Shown: in pieces, positions 1-34,570 of the stretch | Position numbering within the stretch: position 1 is the stretch's first letter | Layout of the letters: every line of letters begins with the position of its first letter | Assembly: GCF_009914755.1 (NCBI RefSeq) | Contig: NC_060926.1 | Length of the DNA: 64,000 nucleotides | Reading direction: 5' to 3' (one strand) | Source of the DNA: the human T2T-CHM13v2.0 reference genome, Homo sapiens | Made by a program: the position numbers and the translations under genes | The notes under the pieces: model-generated | The model's input: only the letters and a program-made list of their open reading frames with translations | Database searches by the model: none | What the model was told of the DNA's origin: nothing

Positions 1-116
1 CAGTCTCCCACACAACCAGCTCCGCTTGAATTACTCTTTCTCCATTGCAATTCCCCTGTCTTGATAAATTGGTTCTGTCTAGGCAGTGGGCAAGGTGAAC
101 CCATTGGGTGGTAACA
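1..116 (+). mobile_element. 3' end of an ERV1-class LTR (LTR8/MER4-group-like)
   Basis: ttgcaattcccctgtcttgataaattggttctgtctaggcagtgggcaaggtgaacccattgggtggtaaca resembles the recalled LTR8 3' end and ends in ...ACA. Confidence 0.55.
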
Positions 117-613
117 ATACCTTGATGAACTTAATCATTGCAAAGAGGAGGTGAAGTGAGGGCTGGATCTGAAAGAGGTGGTGACCTGAAATAAATTTGT
201 TAGGTGGGGATAAAGAACATGAGTAGCAGGTACTGGTGTAGATACAGATGACTAATGAATTTGTAGTGGGCCAGAGCTTTGTGGGTCTGTTTTCACTTTC
301 CTGTTTCCAGTTTGTTCATTTTCAATAGCTACAAGGTGAGAAAAACATTTTATTTTTAATTTATGAAAATAAACAAGACATTGAACCTGTAATCAAGATC
401 TCACATCCATATTCTACACACTCTGACCATCCTGGACCTTCTTACTGTTGCCTAAACATGATAGACCCATTACAAGTCTATGCTGGCTTTACACTAATTA
501 GAATTATGGGTACAAGATAGTACAGAGGAAGCAGGATTTATTCTCTGTGGGATTATTGGAAGGCAACACTGATATACTGATTCTTGAGAAACCAGAATCA
601 AGAGTTCATTAGA

Positions 614-1157
614 AGGGCGCAGTGTGGTAACTCACATCTGTTATCCCAGCACCTTGGGAGGTTGGGGTAGGAGGATTGCTTGAGGCCAGGAGTTTGAGAC
701 CAGCCTGTCCAATGTAGCCAGACCTCCATCTCTACAAAAAAAATTTTTTTTAAAGTTCATTAGAGGCATAAAGGACGTTCTAAGCAGAAAGAAATGCATT
801 TTGCAAGGGTTCAGAGGCATGACTTATTGGGGAGATTATAAGCAGATAAAAATGCTGAAATGGGCCAGGCGCGGTGGCTCACACCTGTAATCCCAGCACT
901 TTGGGAGGCTGAGGTGGGCGTATCATGAGTTAAGGCGTTCCAGACCAGCCTGGCCAACAAGGCGAAACTCCGTCTCTACTAAAAATAGAAAAATTAGCTC
1001 AGCCTGGTGGGCGCCTGTAATCCCAGCTACTCAGGAGGCTGAGGCAGGAGAATTGCTTGAAACTGGAAGATGGAGGTTGCAGTGAGCCGAGATCATGCTA
1101 CTGCACCCCAGCCTGGGCAACAAGAGTGAAACTTCGTCTCAAAAACAAACAAAAAAG
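614..1157 (+). mobile_element. FLAM/Alu left monomer (~614-742) and full-length AluS (863-1157)
   Basis: Alu consensus blocks; TSDs agttcattaga and (a/t)gctgaaatg. Confidence 0.9.
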
Positions 1158-2161
1158 CTGAAATGATAGAGGAAATAGGCTGTGATATGTAGTAATAAGC
1201 AAGGAACAGCTAGGAAGGACTATTTTGTGCCTGGAGTTTGCACATTGATCTGTAAATGATGAGGAATGATTAAAGGATTTTAAAGAACAGAGTGACATTC
1301 TGTGTGGCAGTTTTAGGCAGATCACAGTCCATTGGCAGCTTCTGTCACTTCGTCTTCTGACTCTTGCCTACAGTCTTTTCTTTCCTAAACCCTTCCTTAG
1401 ACTGTCAAGATTTCAGATCTTTATTTTGTTTTTATCTAGGTTAACAGAATTCTGTTCACATTTCCAGGCCCGGTTTTGAATATAGAATCTTCTGAAGCCT
1501 TTAATACGTGAGGCAGAATGAACAACTCACCCTCATTTCTTTAGCATTTTGTTATACTGTAAGAGTAACATTCACATTTATTGTGTTTAAAGTAGTTGTT
1601 TATAATTTTATATTTAGTTAAGAACCTTGTGATTGCTTGAGGGCAAATATAAGCATATTCATCTGTATAACTAACATCTAACACATAATAGGTGTCTGTC
1701 TAGGAATTGAATATTATGTCAAAAATGTTTTTTTCCTGTAATGAAAATTTTCCTGTATGTATTGTTAAGTGCGTAATGAAATTAAAAACTCTGAAAATAT
1801 AGAATGGGACAGAACCAATTGATTTAGAACACCATTTCTAAGGTTGATACTAGCAGGTTGATAATTATTTCTCCAATTTTGATTGAGTCAGGTATTCACT
1901 CACCCAGAATAAGTATTATCATGACCATGCTTTCCATCTTATCAATGATAACATTTTATTTCTGGGTTAGAATCAGAAATCTTCCTGAAACCAGCATACT
2001 ACAGTTACTGCATTTACTTGTTATCTGTGACTTATTTTCATGAAATGGTATAGTTTTTTCTCAGGAAGGCTAGACTCAATGAAGTTTTTTAAAAATTACA
2101 TGCTATCTCTAAAAGTAAGATGTTCTGAGAAATTCTTTTTTGGGATATCAGAATTTTGTTA

Positions 2162-2552
2162 TGAGGTTGGTGCAAAAGTAATTATGGGCCAGGCATGGTG
2201 GCTCATGCCTGTAATCCCAGCACTTTGGGAGGCCAAGGTGGGCAGATCACCTGAGGTCAGGAGCTGGAGACCAGCCTAGCCAACGTGGTGAAACCCCGTC
2301 TCTATTAAAAATACAAAATTAGCCGGGCGTAGTAGCAGGCACCTGTAATCCCAGCTACTTGGGAGGCTGAGGCAAGATAATTGCTTGAACCTGGGGAGGT
2401 GGAGGTTGCAGTGAGCTGAGACCACGCCACTGCACTCCAGCCCAGGCAACAAGAGCGAAACTCCATCTCAAAAAAAAAAAAAAAAAAAGTAATTATGGTT
2501 TTTGCAATAGTTTTTAATGGCGAAAACCGCAATTACTTTTGTACCAACCTAA
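2162..2552. mobile_element. MADE1 (Hsmar1 mariner-derived MITE) interrupted by an AluS (2187-2488, +)
   Basis: aggttggtgcaaaagtaatt...aattacttttgtaccaacctaa terminal inverted repeats; Alu TSD aaaagtaattatg. Confidence 0.9.
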
Positions 2553-2570
2553 AATAGATTGTGCATTGTT

Positions 2571-4450
<1,880 letters not shown>

Positions 4451-5659
4451 GTTGAATAAATCAAATTAGGAATAGTATTTGAAACAGATCTTTAATTTTA
4501 AAAGAAATTCATCCCTGAAGGAAGTTAAGATCACTCCCAATCATAAATTTTTAATGAGAATTCTTGCCCTGTTTGGGACAAGATAATGAAGTAATAAGGG
4601 CTTCTAGTGTCCTAAGATTAACCCATGAATGATCATAAAACTTAAGACAGAAAAATTAGTCCCAGGTAAGGAGTGTTGATACTGGAGTGTGTGTGTGGTA
4701 ATGGTGGCTGCAGTCTGGTTTAGGGGGCTGCTCCTGTGGCTGTGGAAGGATAATTGAGGTAAAAGGCAGTTTGGATGGAGGTCTTACCCCCTGTTCCAAA
4801 TTTGTCTTGATAATTAGTATCTCTTTTAAGGGGTGTGATAGCAATAACTCAGACAGTGGGTGGAAGTGTCTTCAAGAATAAATCATAATAGCACTGCCTA
4901 AAAAGTTTCTCACCTCTAAAAATCCTTATCCTTAAAATTCCCTTACCTAAATTTCCTACCCTTCCTCCACCAAACTCTTAGAGAGCAGTGAATTATTATT
5001 ATAGAAAATGCCTCCTTCCCAATGCTACTTTCATCTGTGGACAAAGAATGAATTATTAACCTGAGGGAGTTGTTTGTATAATGGAAAGTGATTAACTGTG
5101 ATTTTCTCTTGTTAGGGCTCTCCTCCCTAGAATTCTTCTATTCCCCCAGGGGTTTCTCAGTGCTAAATGTTGCTGATACAGACTAGAGTCAGGCCTTTCT
5201 CTTGTTACACATAATCTAGAGAAAGTAACTCATGTTCCCAAATAAATATGTCCAAAATAAGGAGACAAATGAGCGCAAGCACCTCAAAAGGCAAGTAAAA
5301 GATAACAAACTGTGTGTATGTGTGTGTTTTCTTGTTTTATGTTGTTAATATCTTTGTGTATATAGTAGAAGCAAAGGCAGATGGAATAAAAAGAAAAGTC
5401 TAATAAATTTTCTAAAAGATATTAACAACATGAAACAAGAACAAAAACTTACTTAATAGGACCAAAGGAAAATACTAGGTATAAGAAGTATAATCTATAG
5501 AACACATTTGATGGGATGAAATTAGGATCAGTTAAGGTGAAGGAGAAATTAGTGAGTTGGAAGATCATATTTAGAATTCTTTCCATAAGAGGAAAGAAAG
5601 GATATAATATGAAGCATAAAATAAAAATTAAGAAATAAATGAAATTCAAAAGTAGGAGT

Positions 5660-8619
<2,960 letters not shown>

Positions 8620-9719
8620 TTATGAATAAGCTAGAAGAAGTTGTTTAAGAAGTGGGGTATCTGACTTACTGATCTCAGGTGACATTCCAGGTGAAATCTA
8701 GATCAGGTATGTATTCCTCAGTGAATTTGAACTTGGAAGGTAGAGCAAAATTCAAATTCTAGCGTTGTCATTGTTTTAAATGTAATTTTGTCATATTACT
8801 AAAGCTTTCTGAACTTTTGTCTGTGCTTTTTATATATATATATATATGTATTTAAATGGATAAGTAATATGTGCTAAAAAAAAGATGGCAGCACTGACGT
8901 AGGAAACTTAAAATGACAAAGGAGAAATATTTGAGAAAACAATAGAGGTTGACGTCTAGAATTAAAGAAATATGAAAGATCTCAGGTTGAAGAGGTCCAT
9001 ATAGAATACAATATGATTAAGAAAAACTCACACTTGTACACAGTACAGTGAAATTAAAGAGTCTAAAAGTGAACAAGTAACATTACGAAGAAAGAAAATT
9101 GAGATTGACATCACACTTACCAGTAGCAGTGTTGACTGCAAGAAGATAATGGAATAAATTTTTTTTGAGTATGGAGAAAGTATTGAAAGAAACTGTGAAC
9201 CTTGACATTTCTACCCATCCAACTGTCATTCGAGTGAGGGCATGATTAAAATATTCTCAAATATAGAAGGCCAAAGCCTTAGAAGATAAGCCATACAAAA
9301 GCCACATGGGAAACATTTTTGGAGAAAGAACTCAAATGAGTATTTGCAAATCTAGCAGATGCTGCAGGACATGTAATGTACACATGTAAGGCATGTACAT
9401 TTTTGAAATACCCAAGTAGAAGTTGTTGTCTTTAAAAAGTTAGCTAAGAATAAAAAAGAATAAATAGAAGTATGTCTATAAAACTTGATGGGAATTGGGT
9501 GGAGGGGAGATTAGAGGACATGAAGGCATGGTCAAGTTCTTGATGAAAGGAAATATAGATGACAGATTTACTTATCTAAAAAAGCAAAGGACAAGTTGAG
9601 ATAATAAACTTGTCAGTTAAAAGGCAGAGATTGATATGATAAACCAACTATATGTTCATTTTTTAATAGGAAAATACTATAAATCACAATTTAGAATTCT
9701 ACAGATGGGAGAGGCATGG

Positions 9720-10152
9720 ATGAGCAGTTATGAAAATTGAGGATCCCAACAATGCTTTTGCTTATGTGGATTATACCTACCAATAGTTACAGTATTAGAA
9801 ATTAAAACTGAAAAAATTTTAAGTATTTATTAACTGATTAATCAATAATTGTCTATTAATATAGCAACAACATACCCCTTTTATGTTAACGTAATATAAA
9901 ACATATTATAAAAATAACTATTTTCTAAAACAACAAAGAGCTTAGAAAAGTGGCATTGTTTTAAGCACTTTTGCAAATCTGTTTAATGTCTGGTTTAATA
10001 GAAGGTACTTGGATTCTCTTATCTGCTTCCACGTTCACTGTGTTGCAATGTGTTCTTTTGTTTCAGGTATATAAGAAACCTAGGACCTCATGAATCTTTT
10101 GAAAGGGTCTTGGAAACCCTCGGTGATCATGAGACCACATTTTGAGAACTGC
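9720..10152. mobile_element. hAT-Charlie DNA transposon relic
   Basis: tggcattgtttt...tttgcaaatct...aatgtctggtttaatagaag and terminal cacatttgagaactgc resemble Charlie1-type elements. Confidence 0.5.
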
Positions 10153-10764
10153 TTTTTCCATACAAAGTTTCTTTCCTATTTATTACCCTACTATTTGGTG
10201 TCTTCTGCATCATCACAGTACTTTTCTTATGCTCTCATATTCCCCGCACCTCCCAGTTTTATTATTTCTTACCTTACGTTCTCTTCCAGTTTGATTCTTC
10301 TGCATCAAGCCTTCATTGATTATTCTAGTTTCTGTCTCTTCTCTAAAATCTGTTTGCAAGTGTAGTTTCACATATTTTGTACTAAAGTACTCTTAAGTTT
10401 TTTGTATTTTCTTTGTCCAATGACATTATGGCCCTTTTAAAGTAGGGACTCTAAAAATTGATTACAACACAAGAATTTATCCATACACACACACAAATAT
10501 TTGTATCTCAAAATAGGTAATTTTTGTTGGTTGATTGGAAGTAACACTCTCCAGGAAAACATATAAATCGCAAATTTGTTTTTGGCCTTAAGTGATTTAT
10601 TAGAAAACTGTAATGTCTTATGCATTATCTGCCACATGCTAATACTTTTGGTATTGCAAGTCCTCCTTTCTTCAAGAGATCTTGTATAACTAAAACCTTC
10701 TTTTGTTCAGGCTTGTTGATCTTATAAACCACTTATTGATTTACTTATTATCTTGCCATTTCAG

Positions 10765-10869
10765 AAAAAAGCCAAAGGACAAGAGTTGTTTGATCAGATT
10801 ATGTACCACCTGGACCTGATTGAAAGCGACTATTTTGGTCTGAGATTTATGGATTCAGCACAAGTAGCA
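10765..10869 (+). CDS. EPB41L5: EPB41L5 coding exon (~exon 3), FERM-N: [35 protein letters not shown]
   Basis: tttcag| acceptor, |gtgagt donor; 105 nt, phase 0-0; band 4.1 DYFGL motif. Confidence 0.96.
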
Positions 10870-11009
10870 GTGAGTAACTGTTTTTTGGAAGTTTTAGCAT
10901 AAGGAGAAGAAACAGGAAATTTCAGATGATATACTAATTGCTATAAGGCTTCCTATTCTTGATGTGTTATTGTGATATAAAGCTTTGACACCGCTCCCTC
11001 CCCCCACCT

Positions 11010-11178
11010 CCTTGCTTTAGCATCACCTGAAGTACTTGTTTTAAAAAATGTGAGTTCTGGTCCTAATTTCCTAACCTGAATTACAAGAACAAAAGTTTTC
11101 AGGATGGGGCTCCAGAATCTTTGTTTTTAATAACTGTTGTCTGGATTGTTGGGCACACAAGAATTTGAGAAACACTGT
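11010..11178. mobile_element. MER5-like hAT MITE
   Basis: catcacctg...gggctccagaatct...tttgagaaacactg pattern. Confidence 0.45.
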
Positions 11179-11754
11179 GTACTGGAAAGAATGCTAGAAT
11201 GGGAGTTTCATGGGCTCTTGGGTAAACAATAGTAGTTTTTAATTTGCAAATGAAGTTGAGTAGACTAGGATATCTCTAAGTTCCCTTTCAGATCTGTGAT
11301 TCTGTATCTATAAATAGTGGTACTTCGACATGCATTTCTGACAAGAGAACAGCATACATAATGGAGTAGAAAGTTGGAGGCTATTCAAATAACTGATTAC
11401 TATATTAGGATTTTACTGGAGGATGTTTGAAAGAAAGTGGCAGATGAAAACATTGGGAGGTGGTTTAGTGGTTATATCATTCAAACTGAATGCCCAAAGT
11501 ATTAAATAATAAATTGGCAATATTTACTCTCAAATAATTGGGATTAGGTAGTCTTCAAGCAGGGAGGTTTTATTTTCCTTCAGGAAGTTTTTTGTAGAGA
11601 TATGTAGGATTTGGAATGGGGAGAGATTGAAGTCAGGGAAAGTTATTACAAATACTTTAGGATAAAAGTAATATTAAGGCCTGGACAGTAGGAGGCAGAG
11701 GAAGAGACCACAGATGATAAGGATATCATGGCATTAAGCCTTTTTTTCTGGAAA

Positions 11755-11756
<2 letters not shown>

Positions 11757-11800
<44 letters not shown>
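11757..11800. repeat. (TG)22 microsatellite
   Basis: Perfect TG run counted directly. Confidence 0.97.
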
Positions 11801-11803
<3 letters not shown>

Positions 11804-12011
11804 AGAGGGGAACTCCCAGCTGACTTTATAAAGCATCTGGGCTAAGTTTACAGCTGTGAATAATTTTAGCTGTCATTTTTTCATGACAACCCTTCCCATC
11901 ATGCCTCCAAATTAAGTAACCATGAGCATATGGCAGCAGGGTATTGGTTAGGCAAATTTTGGCGCATCCTTGAAATTAATACTATGCAGCTCATTAAAAA
12001 TAGCGGTTTTG

Positions 12012-12909
<898 letters not shown>

Positions 12910-14407
12910 GGATATATGGCCATGCATATACATGAAAAAATTGTGAAACTATTTTTCATAGTTTCAGAGTTTCTAATCTCTTGGTGACATTAGTGTAGGA
13001 GATATTTCTTTTATTTTTCTTTCTAATGTTCTTAATTCTCTTTTATTAGACTAAATTCACTAATGGCAGGGAATTAGTCTTACGTACCTCTGTCCAGCAG
13101 GTAGTAGGCACACAAAACATTTGTTGAATTTAATTCTAGACTTCTGTTTAGTTTGATAAAATCTTGGTTGCCTATTAATTTTAATATCATTCAGCTTTCA
13201 CTTCTAGAATAATAGTAAAGCCTTACAATCAGATGAATGAACAGATGATATTAAGGATAAACAATCTGTGACTTCCTGTTTTTTGAGGCAGTGTGAGGGA
13301 AAAGAAAGTAAAAGTATGCCAAAGTTAGGTTTGAGGTACTTAGTATTTAAGTAACTGTGGAAAGAAACATGCAGTCATTACTAAGTTGTATTATTAGCCC
13401 TTTGCTAATATTAGCAATTACTGAATTCCATATTGATTTTTTTCTCTCATTTGATACACATATAGTGCCTTTCTTGTCATAATAATAAATTTTTGGTAAA
13501 GCCAGGATTAGAATATTTAATCCCTACTCTTTAGTTCTAGTTTATTCCTTCCAGTAACCAGAAATCTAGGCATTAAAATTCAACTTATAGGCTTCTGTTT
13601 ACTTCATTTTATTTTTGCTTCACTAAAACACTCTAAACTATGAGTTGAGCTGGAAGAAGAGTTAGTAGATTAAAGATATTAAAAATGAACTCCAGATAAG
13701 CTAAACTTTTCAAGTTCTTACTCACTTGATTCCATGAGTCTCATGACATAAACAATCAGCTTGTTGTGTGGCCATATTCAACCTCAGAATGAAATGAAAC
13801 CAAAGTGGGGTGAAGGGAAGCGTAAAATGCGACCAAGGAATTACATGCTATAATTTCACCCTCAGCATATGGCATGTCCATATATGTAAGGTTAATGTGC
13901 CACATTTTAGTTTATTGGTCACTATAGATCAGTCCAAAACGTCTATGACTATAGAATTATGGAGTCATCATGGAGATAACCAAAATTAGTAAATCGATGA
14001 AGCCAAAGTTCACTTTTCTTCTTATATAGACATATAATCTGAGCCCTGTTTTTAAAATTGTTTACTTTTTATTAGACTGGGTTATTTTACGTTCATGTAC
14101 ACATATTTAATTTCATAGTTGAAACAATCTCATGTTTATAGAAAGTTGCAAGGATGGTATAAATAACCATGTTTCTGGGACCATGTGAGAGAGAGTTATA
14201 GTGAAGATGTCCCATCACACCTGAATTCTTTAGTGTATGTGTCCTGTAAGCAAGCACACTTCACAACTCAATACAGCCATCAAAACCAGGAAATTAACAC
14301 AATGATAGTACCACCATCTTGTCTCCTTAGACTGTATTCAGATAATGTTAACTGTTCCTGGTATGTTTTTTATACCCAAAAGATCCCACAGAATCATGCT
14401 TTGCATT

Positions 14408-20577
<6,170 letters not shown>

Positions 20578-20585
20578 TGCATTGT

Positions 20586-20878
20586 TTTGTTTTTTTTTGA
20601 GACAGAGTCTTGCTCTGTCACCCAGGCTGGAGTGCAGTGACGTGGTCTTGGCTCACTGTAAGCTCCACCTCACAGGTTCAAGTGATTCTTCTGCTTCAGC
20701 CTCCTGAGTAGCTGGGACTGCAGGTGCACACCACCGTGCCTGGCTAATGTTTGTATTTTTAGTACAGACAGGGTTTCACCACATTGGCCAGGCTGGTCTT
20801 GAACTCCTGACCTCGTGATCTGCCCACCCTGGCCTCCCAAAGTGCTGGGACTACAGGTGTGAGCCACTGCACCTGGCC
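20586..20878 (-). mobile_element. AluS directly upstream of the L1-A 5' end
   Basis: Reverse Alu consensus; TSD atgctttgcatt, whose partner is at 14396-14407. Confidence 0.92.
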
Positions 20879-22099
20879 ATGCTTTGCATTTAATTTTCAT
20901 GTTTCTTTAGTTGCCTTTAACCTGGAGTACTGTGGTTTCCTTAGTCTTGCCTTGACTTTCATGACTTTGAAGCTTTTGAAGATACAGGACAGTTATTTTG
21001 TATATCGTCCCTCAATTTGGGTTTGTCTGATGTTCCCTTATAAAGTAGATTAATCTTGGCACCTTTGGCAGAAAAATAACCGAAGTGATTCTGTGTTTCG
21101 TTCTGTCCTATTGGGTGTCATGTACTTTCATTTGGTCCCATTACTAGTGATACTAAATTTGATCCCTTGATTAAGATGGTGTCTGCTAGGCCTCACCACT
21201 ATGAAGTTATTCTTTTTTCCCTTTGTCATTAACTATTTTGTGGGCAGTTATGTTGAGACTTTTCCTCATCAAACTTTCTATTTATTTATGAACTAATAGA
21301 TTCCTGTTTTAATTCAATGGGTTATATCTGTTACTATCATTTAATTTGTTGCTCAAATTTTCCCACGTATGGTCAATGGGAGCTGCTTCAAGATGGCTTC
21401 TATGTTCATTTGACATGGCCCCTTCATTCTTTGAGCTCTGCCTTACTTTCTGGCTTATGAAGGTATGCCATGTTCATCTTGCAGTGCCCTACTCCAGCCC
21501 TGGAATTAGCCAGTTCTCCAATGAGTCTTGTGACCAGATTTAGGGAATATGTGTTTATGTTTATTTCTCCATATCTCTCTCTCGAATACCATGAATACCA
21601 TAACTTCAACACCCATAAATAATTGAAATTCCAGTCTAACACTACAGGGCTTCTTGTAGTTTTTTTTCTCTTTCCATATTTGTAGTTCTCTTCTATAGAA
21701 ACCAGGCTATGATTATCACCAGTAGATTTACTATATTGATCACTCAGCATGTGTGGAACCAGTCTCTAGCCTCTCCCTGTGTACATGCTGGTCTTGCTCA
21801 GACAACCTAATTATTTCTGGACTGAGTTATTATTTTTTATTTTTATTTTTTGCTGTTTCTTTGATCTTGGATGGACTGAATTATTTGGAAAAAGGAAAGG
21901 ATTGTGAAACTTGTCACCTTACAAATACACAGTGGAACGTAAAGCACTCCTTTGACAGTTGTATTGAAGAGTTATTACCTCAGAGATTTGGTTTGGAGTA
22001 GGAAGCTTAAAGAGAAGAGAGAAGGCATGCTTAAGTAAAAGAAGGAGTTGGTTTTAGTTAGCATGACGATGTCATTTTTTCTGTAAAGTAGGCCACTTA

Positions 22100-25645
<3,546 letters not shown>

Positions 25646-25654
25646 TTCTTTCCA

Positions 25655-27220
<1,566 letters not shown>

Positions 27221-27539
27221 CTTTTCTCATTTTTGATAGGGATATAGACAGAGAAATATAGATAGCGTGATGATAAATCATAGCTGATATCCAGCAGACT
27301 GTAGAGGATCAAAAAGGATTGGTGGAGGGGATGTGGTGAAGTGGGAAGCATTTTACATTTACCTGCAAAAGACAGTATATGGCAACTACCACCTAGCTCC
27401 AGGCATTTGCTGTTAAATAGGTTTGTTGTACCAGCATTGCTGGATCTTCAGGTATTTCAAGAAAAGCTGAAATCCAGATTTCAAGGCTAAATTGTCTATT
27501 TTTAAAAAGTTGTTAAACATATTTTTAAAAATAGTGTGG

Positions 27540-29650
27540 CTGATGGAGAAATCAAAGAAGATAAAAGTAAATGGAAAGACATTCTACATTGAATGGAAGA
27601 CTCAACAAAGATACCAGTTCTCCCCAAATTGATATACAGGTTTAATGCAGTTTTTCTCAAAATTCCAGTAAGATCTTTTGTAGATATAGGTAAGATTATT
27701 CTAAAATTTATATGGAAAGACAGAGGACTACTAGAATGGCTAAAGTAATTTTAAAAAAGGGGAATAAAATGGGAGGAATCATGCTACCCAATTTCAAGAC
27801 TTACTATATAGCTTTCATAATCAAGACTTTGTGGTATTGGCAAAGCGACAGACATGTAGATCAATGGAAAGAAATAGCCATACACAAATATGACCTCTGA
27901 TTTTTGTCAAAGGTGCCAAAGTAATTCAGTGGAAGAATAGTCTTAATAATGGTGCTGGATTAGAACCTGTGGAAGAAGGAAAAACAAACAAACTAAAAAA
28001 AGTGCTGGAGCAGCTGGATATCTGTAAGACAGAAAAACCTTGACCTAAACCTTATACCTATACAAAAATTAACTCAAAATGGATAATGAGCCTGAATATA
28101 AAATATAAAACTATGAAACTTAGAGACAAATAAACAGGAGAAAATCTGTGGGACCTAGAGTTTAGAGAAGAGTTACTAGTAAACATGATACCAAAAGGAT
28201 GATTTTTAAAAAAAAGATAAAATGGACTTCATAAAAAATTAAAAACTTTTGCTTTGGGAAAGACTCTGTTAATAGAACGAGAAGCTAAGCTACAGACTGG
28301 GAGAAAGTATTCGTATATCACACATCTGACCAGGAACTCGTGTCTAGCATATATACACAATGCCTAGCTGGGCGCAGTGGCTCACGCCTCTAATCTCATC
28401 ACTTTGGGAGGCCAAGGCAAGAGGATCACTTGAGCTCAGGAGTTCAAGACTAGCCTGGACAACATAGTGAGACCTTGTCTCTACAAAAAAAAACAAAAAA
28501 AGTCTGCTGCTGTGGCTACTTGGGAGGCTGGGCAGGAGGATTGCTTAAGCCTGGGAGGTGGAGGCTGCTGTGAGTGTGACAGCCACTGCACCTCAAACCT
28601 GGGCGACAGAGCGAAACCGTGTCTCAACCAAAAACAAAACAAAACAAGCTCCTCAGCTCAACAATTAGAAAGCAAACAGTCTAATTCAAAAATGAACAAA
28701 AGACATGAAGAGACATTTCACCTGAGAGGATATACAGATGACAAATTCATGAAAAGATGTTAGACTAGCCATCAGGGAAGTGCCAATTAAGACCTCAGTG
28801 AGATGTTTTCACTACACATCTATCAAAACAGCTAAAGTACAACATGGTGACAACTCCAAATTTTGGTGAGAATGTGCAGAAATGGGATCTCTTATACATT
28901 GTTGTTGGGATTGTAAAGTGATATCGCTACTCTGGAAGATAATCTGGCAGTTTCTTTTAAAACTAAACATATACTTAAACCATATGACTAATCAGTTGTA
29001 TGCCTGACCATTTATCCCAGAGAGATGAAGACTTACTTCCACACAAAAACCTGAGCATGATTGTTCATAGCATCTTTATTTGTAGTAGCAAAAAACTTGA
29101 AACAACCACAGTGTCCTACAGTAAGTGAATGATTAAACAGTGGCACAATCATACCATGTAATACTACTCAGCAATAAAAAGAAAAAACTATTGATACACA
29201 CCAACTTGGATGGATTTCAGAGGGCATTATGCTGAATAGGAAATAAAGCCAGTATCAAAAGGTTATATATTATATGATTCTATGTATGTAACATTCTTGA
29301 AATGACACAATTATAGAGATTGAGATCAAATTAATGGTTGCTAAGGGTTAGGGATATTGGCGTTGGGGGAGTGGTGACTATAAATGAGTAATGTGAGAGA
29401 GTTCTTCGTGATAATGGAATATTTCTTTATCTTGATTGTGGTATTAGGATAGGAATCTAAATGTGATAAAATGACACAGAACTATACATGCACATTGTAC
29501 CAATGTTGGTTTACTGATTCTAATATTGTACTGTAGTTATGTTAAAATGTAAGCATTGGCAGAAGTGTACACAGGACCGGGCCTCTTCTTACTATCATTC
29601 CAACTTTGTGTGAATCTCTAATTATTTCATAATAAAACCTTAAAAAATAA
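27540..29650 (+). mobile_element. Old L1M ORF2 3' part and 3' UTR with inserted AluJ (28367-28647)
   Basis: ORF 27712-27900 [12 protein letters not shown]...WYWQ matches L1 ORF2. Confidence 0.8.
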
Positions 29651-29725
29651 ACATAGCATGGAACAAGCAAACCATGTCTCGGGAGCAAAATTTAATCCTC
29701 AAAAATATATATCTGTGCTTGGTGA

Positions 29726-30399
<674 letters not shown>

Positions 30400-31811
30400 T
30401 ATTCAGTGAAGTTTTTAAAGAAAAATAAGTTAGTTAGATGGTAGGTATCATGCATCAGGTGTATCTTGTATAACGTGATACTGTATATTATGCTTTTAGA
30501 AAAGGGAAACGTAGATAGCATTTCTCATAAATACTTAAAGAATTTTAAGATGTCAGTATTAATTATGTTTTGTCTTTTTCTTAAATTGTTTGGAAAGCTT
30601 GTTTATGTTCTGTAATTTTTTTCAAAACTTCCTTGGTTCTTGATGTAAGCATGGGTAGACAGATGGTCCAACATGTGGCACCTGTGGAGAATAGAGCTGG
30701 TAGTTGCTCACTAGCTCTCCATTTTTTATTTTTTATACTGAATTTTGATTTTTTTGAGATCCCTAGATTAATAATATAAGCACTTCTAATAAAGAGAAGA
30801 AGATGACAAGGATGCCTACTATTACCATTGCTACTTAATTTCATAGTAGAAGTACCAGCAAATGCAGTTATGGAAGAGAAAATTATAAAGATTAGAAGGA
30901 AATAAAATTATCACTGGCAAATGATTGCATTGTATTCAGGGATTCAACTGAGAACACAATAGGATTCAGTAAGATAGTGGGAGGTGAAAAACATAGAAAT
31001 AAATAACATGTTAAATGTATATATGTGTATATTGTAACACACATATTTGCTGAACAAGGAAGAACTAAAAAGTTGAAGGAGTAAGTCTAGAAAAGGATGA
31101 CCTTGTTGAATTTTTCAGGAAAACTCCTGATCTTACTGCTGCCCAATAATGATTGTTTATAATTTATGGCTAATAATATTCTGAAGTTGATCATCTTTGT
31201 AAATCCTTGTCAGTATTCTGGATTTTAAAAAAATTAAAATAAATTAGAAGAAATGGAATCATCAGGTCAAAGAGAGAGAGTTTAAAGCTGTTTGATTATA
31301 TTTACAAATTAAACTTATCAGTGTATGAAAGTAACAGTATGTTTTCTTTTATCTAGATAGTGTTGTTTTGTTTCAGTTAATATTTATTGCTACATTAGAA
31401 AATGCTGTATTATGAATATTCAATAATTCATTTAAAGAAATGTAGATCTAATTCATTTTATTTGTTCAATAATTATGGGGTTTGAGGCAATAGTTTTTTA
31501 ATTTGATCCTCAGAAAAATCTCCTGTGAAGAATAAAAGGTTTAAGTGAGGTCTAGTGATTTCTAGAGACTGGATTTGAATTTATTATTTTGATTCTTAAG
31601 ATTAAGATATGGACTGAATACCACAGAGGATTCTGTTTAAAAATAGTGATGAGGAGTGTGGGAAATAAGATCATATAAGGCTCTGATGAACTTTTACTGG
31701 GTTCTAAAAATGTGTTTAGCTGTTTTAAAATAGAGGGTATTTTGAAGTGGTCAGAATGTGAGTTCGACTATATTGTAAATAGATACATGGTTGAACAAAA
31801 TAAAATAAGTG

Positions 31812-34570
<2,759 letters not shown>

